Source: Jiangellaceae bacterium (lineage in GTDB: Bacteria; Actinomycetota; Actinomycetes; Jiangellales; Jiangellaceae). Taken from it: a DNA stretch of 40,830 nucleotides. The first letter of the stretch is position 1; each line of letters starts with the position of its first letter. The notes beneath the pieces were generated by a model. It did not search any database. It worked only from the letters and a program-made list of their open reading frames with translations, and was not told the origin of the DNA. Positions 1-7,465 of this stretch are shown here, in pieces. The stretch spans positions 1 to 40,830 of the forward strand of contig JBOGDU010000115.1 in NCBI GenBank assembly GCA_050743145.1, given 5' to 3'. The position numbers and the translations under genes were made by a program.

Positions 1-408
1 CAGGGCAGGCTGCGGTTCGCCACCTACACCGGCAGCTTCACCGCCGCGCTGTTCATCGACTTCTGCCGCAAGCTGCTGCACGACACCGACGGGCCGGTCT
101 ACCTCGTGGTGGACGGGCACCCCACCCACAAGGCCAAGACCGTCAAACGGTTCGTGGAGGGCACCAACGGCCGGCTCAAGCTGTTCGTGCTGCCCGCCTA
201 CTCCCCCCAGCTCAACCCGGACGAGTGGGTCTGGAAGAACGTCAAGCACGACCGCGTCGGCCGCACCAGCGTCCGCACCGCGGACCAGTTCAAGGCCACG
301 ATCATCGGCGCACTGCGCCGACTTCAGAAACTGCCCCACATCGTCCGCGCATTCTTCGCCGACCCCGACCTGCGCTACATCACAGCCGAACCCGAGTCGA
401 CTTACTAA
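1..408 (+). mobile_element. IS630-family (Tc1/mariner-like) DDE transposase, C-terminal part; the 5' end lies outside the window
   Basis: Frame 1 is open from nt 1 (QGRLRFATYTGSFTAALFIDFCRKLL..VVDGHPTHKAK..LPAYSPQLNPDEWVWKNVKHD). The DGH and YSPxLNPxE core motifs are typical of IS630 transposases. Stop TAA is at 406-408. Confidence 0.85.
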
Positions 409-416
409 CGATCTCC

Positions 417-458
417 TTGGTAATCCGGTGGTTCCGGGTTCGAGTCCCGGCGCCGGCT
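417..458 (+). other. Orphan 3' half of a tRNA gene (Thr-GGU-like), with no 5' half present
   Basis: TTGGTAA (7-nt anticodon-loop-like, anticodon GGT) is followed by TCCGG and a TGGTT variable region. The T arm is CCGGG-TTCGAGT-CCCGG (434-450), then the acceptor 3' strand CGCCGGC and T. The required partners CCGGA and GCCGGCG are absent upstream, where the sequence is the transposase 3' end. Confidence 0.55.
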
Positions 459-483
459 CTCGCATCGCCTCAGGTCACACCCG

Positions 484-1455
484 CTAGTTCGAGGGCTCGA
501 CGCTTATCACGACATTGCCGATCTTCTGCCCTGTCTCGACGTACCTGTAGGCCTCGACGATCTGGTCCAGCGGATACGTTCTGTCGATGACCGGCTTGAA
601 CTGTCCGGACTCGATCAGTTCCTTGAAATACCTCACCATCTGCCGGTCGTGCTTCGGAATGGGAAACATGACCTTCTTACCGCGGAACAGCGGTGTGACG
701 AGCGCCAGGATCGGGTTCTGGGACAGCGGACCCAGGTCCGAGGAGAGGTAGATCCCGCCCGGTATCAACAGCCGCTTGCAGCGGCCGAACGAGCTCTTGC
801 CGACCGCGTCGAGGACGACGTCGTACGTCTGGTCGTCCTTGGTGAAATCCTCGGCCATGTAGTCGATGACCCGGTCGGCGCCCAGACCCTTGACCAGCTC
901 CACGTTGTTCGTACCGCAGACCGCGGTCACGTTGGCGCCGAGACTCTTCAACAGCTGGACCGCCGCCGAGCCGATGGCTCCGGTTGCGCCATTGACGAGG
1001 ACGTGCTGCCCGCCGTGGATCTTTGCGGCGCGGATGACCGAGAGGGCATAGTGCGATCCCTCGGTGGCGGGAGCGGCCTGCTCGTAGGTCAGTTTCGCCG
1101 GCATGGTCGCGAGCAAACCGGCTTCGGGAATCGTCATGTATTCAGAATGAGCACCGAACGGGCCCTCGTTGTACCCGAACACCCGGTCGCCGACCTCGAA
1201 CGACGTGACTCCACTTCCGACCGCCTCGACGACTCCCGCGAACTCGTTCCCGAGGACCGTCACCCTCGGTCTGATGAGCCCACTGAACAATCTCACGATG
1301 AACGGCTTGGCCGCCCGGAAGCCGCAATCCGTCCGATTCACCGTCGTCGCGTGAACCTTGACGAGCACCTCGTCGTCGCCGGCCGTCGGCTTTTCCACGT
1401 CTGAGACCCGAACCACTTCCGGCGGGCCGTATCTGGTGTGGACTGCTGCCTTCAT
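484..1455 (-). CDS. Medium-chain dehydrogenase/reductase (zinc-type alcohol dehydrogenase / NADPH:quinone oxidoreductase-like)
   Basis: MKAAVHTRYGPPEVVRVSDVEKPT.. N-terminus and the GATGAIGSAAVQLLK Rossmann motif. I chose the internal ATG at 1455 rather than the ORF-track start at 1548. Confidence 0.8.
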   Translation of the reverse strand: MKAAVHTRYGPPEVVRVSDVEKPTAGDDEVLVKVHATTVNRTDCGFRAAKPFIVRLFSGLIRPRVTVLGNEFAGVVEAVGSGVTSFEVGDRVFGYNEGPFGAHSEYMTIPEAGLLATMPAKLTYEQAAPATEGSHYALSVIRAAKIHGGQHVLVNGATGAIGSAAVQLLKSLGANVTAVCGTNNVELVKGLGADRVIDYMAEDFTKDDQTYDVVLDAVGKSSFGRCKRLLIPGGIYLSSDLGPLSQNPILALVTPLFRGKKVMFPIPKHDRQMVRYFKELIESGQFKPVIDRTYPLDQIVEAYRYVETGQKIGNVVISVEPSN

Positions 1456-1562
1456 GGGCGGACTGTAGCGACGCCGCGAGCATCGGCCGAGTCTGCGGGC
1501 TACCGCAACGGGCGCGTGGGTGCCAGGGTCTGCGGTAGGGATCCGCATTGCGGGAGGCCGGC

Positions 1563-1946
1563 ATGGACGACGTACCGGACCGCTATCTCGAGGCGCTACG
1601 CGACGTCTACGACCCCTGCTGTCGGGAGAAGGGCATCTCTGTCGTGGACATGGGGCTCATCCGCTCGGTGACGGTGCGTGATGGGCAAGCCCGGGTAGAG
1701 CTGCTGCTCACGTCTGGGTGGTGCCCATTCGCGTCGCGTGTTCTCACCGACGTACGCGACCGGATCATCGCGCTGCCCGAGGTCGGCAGCGCTGAGGTCG
1801 ACGTGGTCTGGGACGAGGCTTGGACCACCGATCGCCTGTCCGCATCGGCAGTGCGCAAGCTGAACTTTCTGCCCGCCCCGGCGCGGGTTCCGGACCGCGA
1901 TGCATACGTCGTGGCACACACGAAGGAGGCCGACGGTGATCGGTGA
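1563..1946 (+). CDS. DUF59/MIP18-type metal-sulfur cluster assembly factor family protein
   Basis: LRDVYDPCC..GISVVDMGLIRSV..LLLTSGWCPF..VVWDEAWTTDRLS pattern. RBS GGGAGG (1552-1557) sits 5 nt before ATG 1563. Confidence 0.6.
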   Translation: MDDVPDRYLEALRDVYDPCCREKGISVVDMGLIRSVTVRDGQARVELLLTSGWCPFASRVLTDVRDRIIALPEVGSAEVDVVWDEAWTTDRLSASAVRKLNFLPAPARVPDRDAYVVAHTKEADGDR

Positions 1947-2946
1947 TGCGTTCGTTTTCGACGGGGTCGCGCACTTGTTCAACTTCGACGCCAAGAACCC
2001 GTTGGGCAGGCCGGGCGAGATGTTCTCGCAGCACATCTACGCTTTCCATCAGGCGCTCACGCCACCGAGCGAGACGGTGCTGCCCCCCGAGGAGTTCCTC
2101 CGGCAGTGGACGGTGGCGGACATCCAGCGCATGGTGTACGACGAGTCCGACACGGACATGCTCTGCGCGATGCCGCTCCCGCTGACCGACCTCTACAAGG
2201 ACGGCCTCTCCCCCTGGGAGGAGTGCGCCGAGCTGGCGACCCGCGACCCGGACCGCACGGTCTTCTGGGGCTCGGTCAACCCGCTCGAAGGGCGCAAGGC
2301 GCTCGACCTGATGGAGCGTCAGGTCGGCGAGTTCGGCGCCAGGGCCTTCAAGTTCTACAACGTGCGGTACGACTACGGCTCGCCCTTCCCTTGGCGGATG
2401 GACGACCCGCGGGTCGCCTTCCCGGTCTTCGAGAAAGCGCAAGAGCTCGGCGTGAACCTCATCGGCGTCCACAAGGGCGTACCGCTGGGACCACAGCCGA
2501 TCGAGCACACCCAGACCTGGGACATGGACGGCGCCGCGGCCAACTTCCCCGACCTCAACTTCGTCATCTTTCACGTCGGGTTGCCGTTCCTCGACGAGGT
2601 GTGCTGGCAGCTCATCCGCCATCCGAACCTCTACGCCTCGCTTGCCGCGACCATCAACTTCGTCGTCCGCGCACCGAGGATGTTCGCCGAGACGCTCGGC
2701 AAACTACTGTTCTGGTGCGGCGAGGACAAGATCGTGTACGGGAGCGAGGCACCGATCTGGCACCCGCAGTGGGCGCTGAGGGCGTTCTGGGACTTCGAGA
2801 TACCTCAGGACCTCATCGACGGCTACGGCTACCCACAACTCACCGAGCAGGCCAAGCGCAAGATTCTCGGCGAGAATCTGCTCAGGCTGCACGGAATGGA
2901 CGTCGACGAAGCCAAGCGCAGTCTCGGTCGCCCGCAGGAACACTAG
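1936..2946 (+). CDS. Amidohydrolase-2 (metal-dependent hydrolase/decarboxylase) family protein
   Basis: RBS AAGGAGG (1923-1929) sits 6 nt before GTG 1936, which overlaps the upstream gene's end. Strong GC3 bias. Sequence features such as VFDGVAHLFN, GVHKG and IFHVGLP look TIM-barrel amidohydrolase-like. Confidence 0.6.
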   Translation: MIGDAFVFDGVAHLFNFDAKNPLGRPGEMFSQHIYAFHQALTPPSETVLPPEEFLRQWTVADIQRMVYDESDTDMLCAMPLPLTDLYKDGLSPWEECAELATRDPDRTVFWGSVNPLEGRKALDLMERQVGEFGARAFKFYNVRYDYGSPFPWRMDDPRVAFPVFEKAQELGVNLIGVHKGVPLGPQPIEHTQTWDMDGAAANFPDLNFVIFHVGLPFLDEVCWQLIRHPNLYASLAATINFVVRAPRMFAETLGKLLFWCGEDKIVYGSEAPIWHPQWALRAFWDFEIPQDLIDGYGYPQLTEQAKRKILGENLLRLHGMDVDEAKRSLGRPQEH

Positions 2947-3013
2947 GAGGACCTGGCAGGTCCACGGCATCCTGCAGCTGATCAGCAGCTTTCGCCTTTG
3001 TACGCTGGCCGGC

Positions 3014-3559
3014 ATGGCTGCCTCGTCGCTCATGGTCCCGGTTGGCACACCGGCGCCCGACTTCACCTTGGACGACATCGCCGGCAGCACGGTGCGCCTC
3101 GACGATCTCGCACTGGCGCCCGCACTGCTGGTCGCATTCCTGTGCAACCACTGCCCGTACGTTCGACACATCGAATCCGAGCTCGGCCGGATGCTTTCGC
3201 TGTACCCGAGCCTGGCCGTCGTGGGCATCTGCACCAACGACTCGGAGGCCTACCCGGACGATCGGCCCGAGCGCCTTGCCGATCAGGCGCGACGTGCAGC
3301 CTGGACGTTCCCGTACCTGCTCGACACCGACCAGACCGTCGGCCGGGCATATTCCGCTGCCTGCACGCCGGACTTCTTTCTCTACGACGCGCAACGCCTG
3401 CTGGCCTATCGCGGCGCGTTCGACGAGTCGACGCCGGGCAACGGCAAGCCGGTCACCGGTGCGCTCCTCGGCGCGGCGATCTCCCGCGTGCTGGTCGGTC
3501 AGCCGGTGCCTGAACCACACCTGCCGAGCATGGGCTGCTCTATCAAGTGGCGGACGTGA
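3014..3559 (+). CDS. Thioredoxin-fold redoxin (AhpC/TSA-like thiol-disulfide oxidoreductase)
   Basis: VGTPAPDFTLDD..ALLVAFLCNHCPYV (CxxC). The start is uncertain (ATG 3014 or ATG 3032). Confidence 0.7.
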   Translation: MAASSLMVPVGTPAPDFTLDDIAGSTVRLDDLALAPALLVAFLCNHCPYVRHIESELGRMLSLYPSLAVVGICTNDSEAYPDDRPERLADQARRAAWTFPYLLDTDQTVGRAYSAACTPDFFLYDAQRLLAYRGAFDESTPGNGKPVTGALLGAAISRVLVGQPVPEPHLPSMGCSIKWRT

Positions 3560-3581
3560 AGCCCGAGGTGCCGGTGCTGGC

Positions 3582-3791
3582 TTACTCCCCGCTCTCGTAC
3601 TTGAACGAGAGGTTGAGCTTCGTGCGATACGTGATGCTGCCGTCCTCGGCCATGTGAATGTCCTGTGCCACGACCTCGGCGACCCGGAGATCGCGGATCG
3701 TCTGGCTGGCCGTCTTGATGGCGACTGACGCAGCGTCCTCCCAGGATTCCGCGCTGGTGCCGATGACCTCGGTCACGCGGTAAACGCTCAT
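3582..3791 (-). CDS. Dodecin-family flavin-binding protein
   Basis: 69 aa, MSVYRVTEVIGTSAESWEDAA..AIKTASQTIRDLRVAEV, a typical dodecin signature. RBS GAGGAGGG lies upstream. Confidence 0.8.
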   Translation of the reverse strand: MSVYRVTEVIGTSAESWEDAASVAIKTASQTIRDLRVAEVVAQDIHMAEDGSITYRTKLNLSFKYESGE

Positions 3792-3998
3792 CCGACCCTC
3801 CTCGCCGAACCCGGCTCGCTTGTCTGGACAGTCCTACCGGAGCAATGCGTTCGGCCACAAGGAGAACCGAGCGTCACGGTGGCAACCCAGGCGTGCGATC
3901 GGCGGCCCGCCTCGCATGGCACAGTAAAACGCTCCACATACCTGGCGAATCAGGCACGACGACGCTGCCCCGGTGTGCCATGAGCACTGCGGTCCGGT

Positions 3999-5678
3999 TC
4001 AGCGGGGCATCGTGCTGCGCAATGACGACGACGAGGTGCGATCCAGCAGCGCCCTCGCGCTCAATCCCTGTACCGCTTCCGGCCGCGCAGGGGCGGCCGC
4101 TGTCAGGACGGCCTCGCGGAACTGGTCGTCCTCGCCGAGTCGGTAGACCAGCTCGCTCACCACGACCGGCGGCAACTCGTCGACCCGACGGTCGTCGACG
4201 CCGAGCAGGTCGCCGACGACGGCGCGGACCTGGTCGCCGGTCAGCTCGCCGAGGGCCGCACGCAGCCGGGTCACAGGCTGCTGCGCGGCCTCCGTGACCG
4301 CCTCGGCTACGGCGGTCTCGGGTAGATCCGGCAATCCGGCCTCGAGCAGGCCTTCGGCGTCGACGATGCCGACGCCGAAGGTGCGCTGCAAGCCGTTGCT
4401 GATCCAGTCGGACGGTATCCGGCGACCGTGGCTGCGCAACAACGCCAGGAACGCACCCTGGACGTTGGCCTTGCCGTATCGCCGGCGGATGGTTTCGGGA
4501 CCGTGGTGGGCCAGCCACAGCGCGGCGACACCGGCCAGCATCGCCACCGCGTACGAAGTGCCGTCGCTACGCGATCGGATGAATCCGGGCGGCGTCCCCA
4601 GGATGACCCGCGCCGTCCAGACGCTCTCGCCCGGTGCGGAGATGTCGACCGCGGCGCCGCGCGACGAGTCGTGCCAGGGCTTGTCGTCGCAGTTCGTGGC
4701 GGCCACGGCGAGGCATTCGGGATACGACGCCGGCGCGACGACGAAGGTGACCTTGTTGCCCGCCGCCGCCATCACGATCATGCCGTCGGCCACGGCCGCG
4801 CGGATCGCGTCCTGCAGTCCGATGAACCCTCGACCACCAAGGGACATCGAGATGATGTGGCAGCCGCGCTCGCGGGCCAGGTTGACCGCGCGCGCGACGT
4901 CGCCGTCCAGCACCTGGACCACGCTCTTGATCGCCCGGAAGGGGACCAGGGTCGCCAGGGGAGCGACGCCGCTGATCTCGCCCCGCTCGCGTCCGGCGAT
5001 GACGCTGCCGGTCTGCGTGCCGTGGCCGGGCGAGTCGAGTACGGCAAAGAACGCGCGCCGCAACGGATCGCGAGCGTTGTCGTCATCATCGATGAAGTCG
5101 TAGTCCGTTGTGAGGTCCAGCGCGGCGCGTTCCAACTCGGGATGGTCGCTGTAGCCCGTGTCGATATGCCCGATGCGGATGCCCTCGCCGCGGCTTCGCC
5201 CGCGCTGTTCGGGCGGCAATGCCCACGCCTCGCGGGCGCGCACGTTGTCCAGCGCCCATGCCTTGGTCCCCGAGCACGGAAGGTCCTGGCGGTCACTGTC
5301 CGCGGACTCGGGCTGCGGTTGCGTCGAGGGGACGGTGCCGACCTCGGGCCCGAACGCGGTAGACGGGACGTCGGGCTCGACCTCCAGGTCTGCTTCGTGC
5401 GAAAGCCTGGTCGCCAGGTCATAGGCCACGCGACTCTGGTCATATGCCGGTACCGAAGGAATCGCCCCGCTCACCACCCACCAGCGCTTGAGCTCAGCGG
5501 GCCGCGCGTTGCCGAACAGCCGCTCGAGCCGCCATGCGTCGCCCGCCATGTCCGCGGGTCCCAGCTGCCGCTGCACGGCCCGACGCAGATGCCGCTCGGA
5601 CTCGGCCTTTTGGGTCATGCCCGCGGGCAGCTGCACCAGCAACCGCACCCACCCCTGCGACGGATCCCGTGGACGCAT
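3999..5678 (-). CDS. S8 (subtilisin-family) serine peptidase with no detectable signal peptide, flanked by extra N- and C-terminal regions
   Basis: Catalytic motifs are in order: GHIDTGY (Asp), GHGTQTGS (His), AAAGNK (Asn), DGTSYAVAMLAG (Ser). Start ATG 5678 is preceded by GAGGGGGAG; the alternative is ATG 5714. The ORF-track extension to 6236 overlaps a real opposite-strand gene. Confidence 0.8.
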   Translation of the reverse strand: MRPRDPSQGWVRLLVQLPAGMTQKAESERHLRRAVQRQLGPADMAGDAWRLERLFGNARPAELKRWWVVSGAIPSVPAYDQSRVAYDLATRLSHEADLEVEPDVPSTAFGPEVGTVPSTQPQPESADSDRQDLPCSGTKAWALDNVRAREAWALPPEQRGRSRGEGIRIGHIDTGYSDHPELERAALDLTTDYDFIDDDDNARDPLRRAFFAVLDSPGHGTQTGSVIAGRERGEISGVAPLATLVPFRAIKSVVQVLDGDVARAVNLARERGCHIISMSLGGRGFIGLQDAIRAAVADGMIVMAAAGNKVTFVVAPASYPECLAVAATNCDDKPWHDSSRGAAVDISAPGESVWTARVILGTPPGFIRSRSDGTSYAVAMLAGVAALWLAHHGPETIRRRYGKANVQGAFLALLRSHGRRIPSDWISNGLQRTFGVGIVDAEGLLEAGLPDLPETAVAEAVTEAAQQPVTRLRAALGELTGDQVRAVVGDLLGVDDRRVDELPPVVVSELVYRLGEDDQFREAVLTAAAPARPEAVQGLSARALLDRTSSSSLRSTMPR

Positions 5679-5813
5679 CTGCTCCCCCTCACGAGTGAAT
5701 CGCCCTGAGCTCATAGGAGCTGGGCTTCCGGTGGCTCGCCGACGTCGAGGTCGGTGTTCTGACCGTAGTGCCGTTGTTCGAGCCGTGCTGGGGAACGACC
5801 TAGCATCCAGACC

Positions 5814-6206
5814 ATGAATGTGGAGACTGCTGCCCGCCGGTGGGCGGAGACGTGGAACCATGCGTGGCCGGCCCGCGACGTCGAGGCGATCGCGTCGCTC
5901 TACGCGGACGCTGCCGAGTACCGGGCACTGGTCTTCCGTGAGCCGGACTTCGGCGTAGCCGGGATACGTCGCTACCTGCGCGAGAACTTCGGCGCGGAGG
6001 ACGACATCGAGTGCCGGTTCGGCACGCCGGTGGCTGCCGGGGACCGGGCCGCGGTCGAGTGGTGGGCGACATGGATCGAGGACGGTCAGCGGCTGACCCT
6101 GGCCGGTGCGACGTTGCTCCGGTTCGACGACGACGGTCAGGTCGTCGACCATCGGGACTACTGGAACCAGGTCGAGCGCCGCGAGCCGCCGTACGAACAC
6201 TGGTGA
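5814..6206 (+). CDS. NTF2/SnoaL-like fold protein
   Basis: ARRWAETWNHAW..RDVEAIASLYADAAEY..AAVEWWATW..LRFDDDGQVVDHRDYW pattern. Confidence 0.6.
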   Translation: MNVETAARRWAETWNHAWPARDVEAIASLYADAAEYRALVFREPDFGVAGIRRYLRENFGAEDDIECRFGTPVAAGDRAAVEWWATWIEDGQRLTLAGATLLRFDDDGQVVDHRDYWNQVERREPPYEHW

Positions 6207-6347
6207 CACACTGCGTGGATCACTGTTGCGGGGCATAGTCGACGTGATGGTTGCCGGTTCACTGCTGTCCGAGTGACATCAGACCGGCGATGATCACTGA
6301 CAGTGGGGGAAGTCATACCGATTTCCCAGGGCAGGAAGGGGTGCGAC

Positions 6348-7133
6348 ATGACAACTGGTTCGAGTTCGCGGCTGCTCAGCGACGACCTGATCCGACTGCT
6401 GGAGCTGGTGAAGGGCTCCGACAGCATCGAGCTGAAGCTGACGGTGCCCGAGTCCGCTTACCGTTCGACGGCGGCCGCGCTCGGCGCGGACCCGCTGGAG
6501 GCGCAGATCCGCCAGGTGTTCTTCTTCGACACCCCCGACCTGGCCCTCGACCGGGCAGGCGTCGTCGCGCGGGCGCGGCGAGTCCAGGGGCGCGGGGACG
6601 ACTCCGTGATCAAGCTCCGCCCCGTCGTACCGTCCGAGCTTTCCGGCGACGTCCGCGGCTCGCCGAACCTCGTCGTCGAAGTTGACGTGATTCCTGGCGG
6701 CTACGTGTGCTCAGCGTCGCTGAAGGGCCAGCTCCCGAAGCCGGCCGTCCGGGCCGCGGCGCTGGGCGAGAAGCCGCTGCGCAAGCTCTTCTCGAAGGAG
6801 CAGCGGGCCTTCTTCGCCGCGCACGCCCCGGACGGCGTGACGATCGACGACCTGTCGGTCCTCGGTCCGATCTTCGTGCTCAAGCTGAAGGTCAGGCCGG
6901 AGGCGTACCCGCGTCGCCTGGTCGCCGAGATGTGGATTTACCCGGACGGCGCACGCGTCGTCGAGCTCTCCACCAAATGCCTGCCAGGCGAGGGGATCGC
7001 CGTGGGCGTCGAGGCCCGGCAGTTCCTCGAAAGCAAGGGCATAGACCTCAGCGGGGAACAGCAGACCAAGACCAGAACGGCTCTGGAGTTCTTCTCCTCG
7101 GAGCTGCAAACCCATCGCTCCCCACCGACGTGA
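6348..7133 (+). CDS. CYTH-like (triphosphate tunnel metalloenzyme / class IV adenylate-cyclase-like) domain protein
   Basis: SIELKLTV is a degenerate ExExK strand. It is followed by ARARRV..DDSVIKLRPV and VVEVDV / VVELSTK strands, in the usual CYTH order. RBS GGAAGGGG precedes ATG 6348. Confidence 0.5.
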   Translation: MTTGSSSRLLSDDLIRLLELVKGSDSIELKLTVPESAYRSTAAALGADPLEAQIRQVFFFDTPDLALDRAGVVARARRVQGRGDDSVIKLRPVVPSELSGDVRGSPNLVVEVDVIPGGYVCSASLKGQLPKPAVRAAALGEKPLRKLFSKEQRAFFAAHAPDGVTIDDLSVLGPIFVLKLKVRPEAYPRRLVAEMWIYPDGARVVELSTKCLPGEGIAVGVEARQFLESKGIDLSGEQQTKTRTALEFFSSELQTHRSPPT

Positions 7134-7288
7134 GCGCGGTTCGCACGATCTTCGGCGTGTAGTCTCACCGACAGGGGAGACGCCGACCGTGACTGCCGGC
7201 GCCGCCGTGTCACCATCACAGTGGGGCGTGGGCTTCGGGGGGGACGGCATGGGGCGGGTTCCGTTCGAGGTTCGGCGGCGGTAGCGGC

Positions 7289-7465
7289 ATGACCGGGTCG
7301 GACGGCCTGATCGTCGCCAACGGCGTGGACGCCGTCACCGGCGACTACCTCCTCGCGCCGCAGAACGTCCTGTACGGGATGTTCATGCACCAGGGGGAAC
7401 TCACCGTCCAGGACGAGCAGGACATCCTCACACCGGCAGTGGAGCGGATGAAGGAACACACATGA
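7289..7465 (+). CDS. Unannotated 58-aa ORF translationally coupled to the CHAT gene
   Basis: MTGSDGLIVANGVDAVTGDYLLAPQNVLYGMFMHQGELTVQDEQDILTPAVERMKEHT. Nearly every codon ends in G/C, whereas the upstream in-frame codons do not. ATG 7289 is the first start after the in-frame stop at 7190. Its TGA (7463-7465) overlaps the CHAT ATG (7462) as ATGA. Confidence 0.55.
   Translation: MTGSDGLIVANGVDAVTGDYLLAPQNVLYGMFMHQGELTVQDEQDILTPAVERMKEHT

Noticed and set aside
5679-6236. Upstream 186 codons of the 745-aa ORF (3999..6236, minus strand)
   Set aside because: This stretch overlaps a well-formed NTF2-like gene on the plus strand (5814-6206) and is Arg/Pro-rich with low complexity. The subtilase homology begins only after ATG 5678/5714.
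6348-7133. The idea that the 261-aa protein upstream of the CHAT protease is a bacterial gasdermin (size and context fit)
   Set aside because: It has no N-terminal Cys or lipidation-type start and no gasdermin-like features that I can recognise. Its strand pattern (IELKLTV, ARARRV..VIKLRPV, VVEVDV) fits a CYTH tunnel better. Structure prediction is needed to settle this.
7160-7180. GTCTC..GAGAC inverted repeat after the CYTH gene, considered as a terminator
   Set aside because: The stem is only 5 bp, the loop is 10 nt and there is no U-tract, so it is too weak to call.
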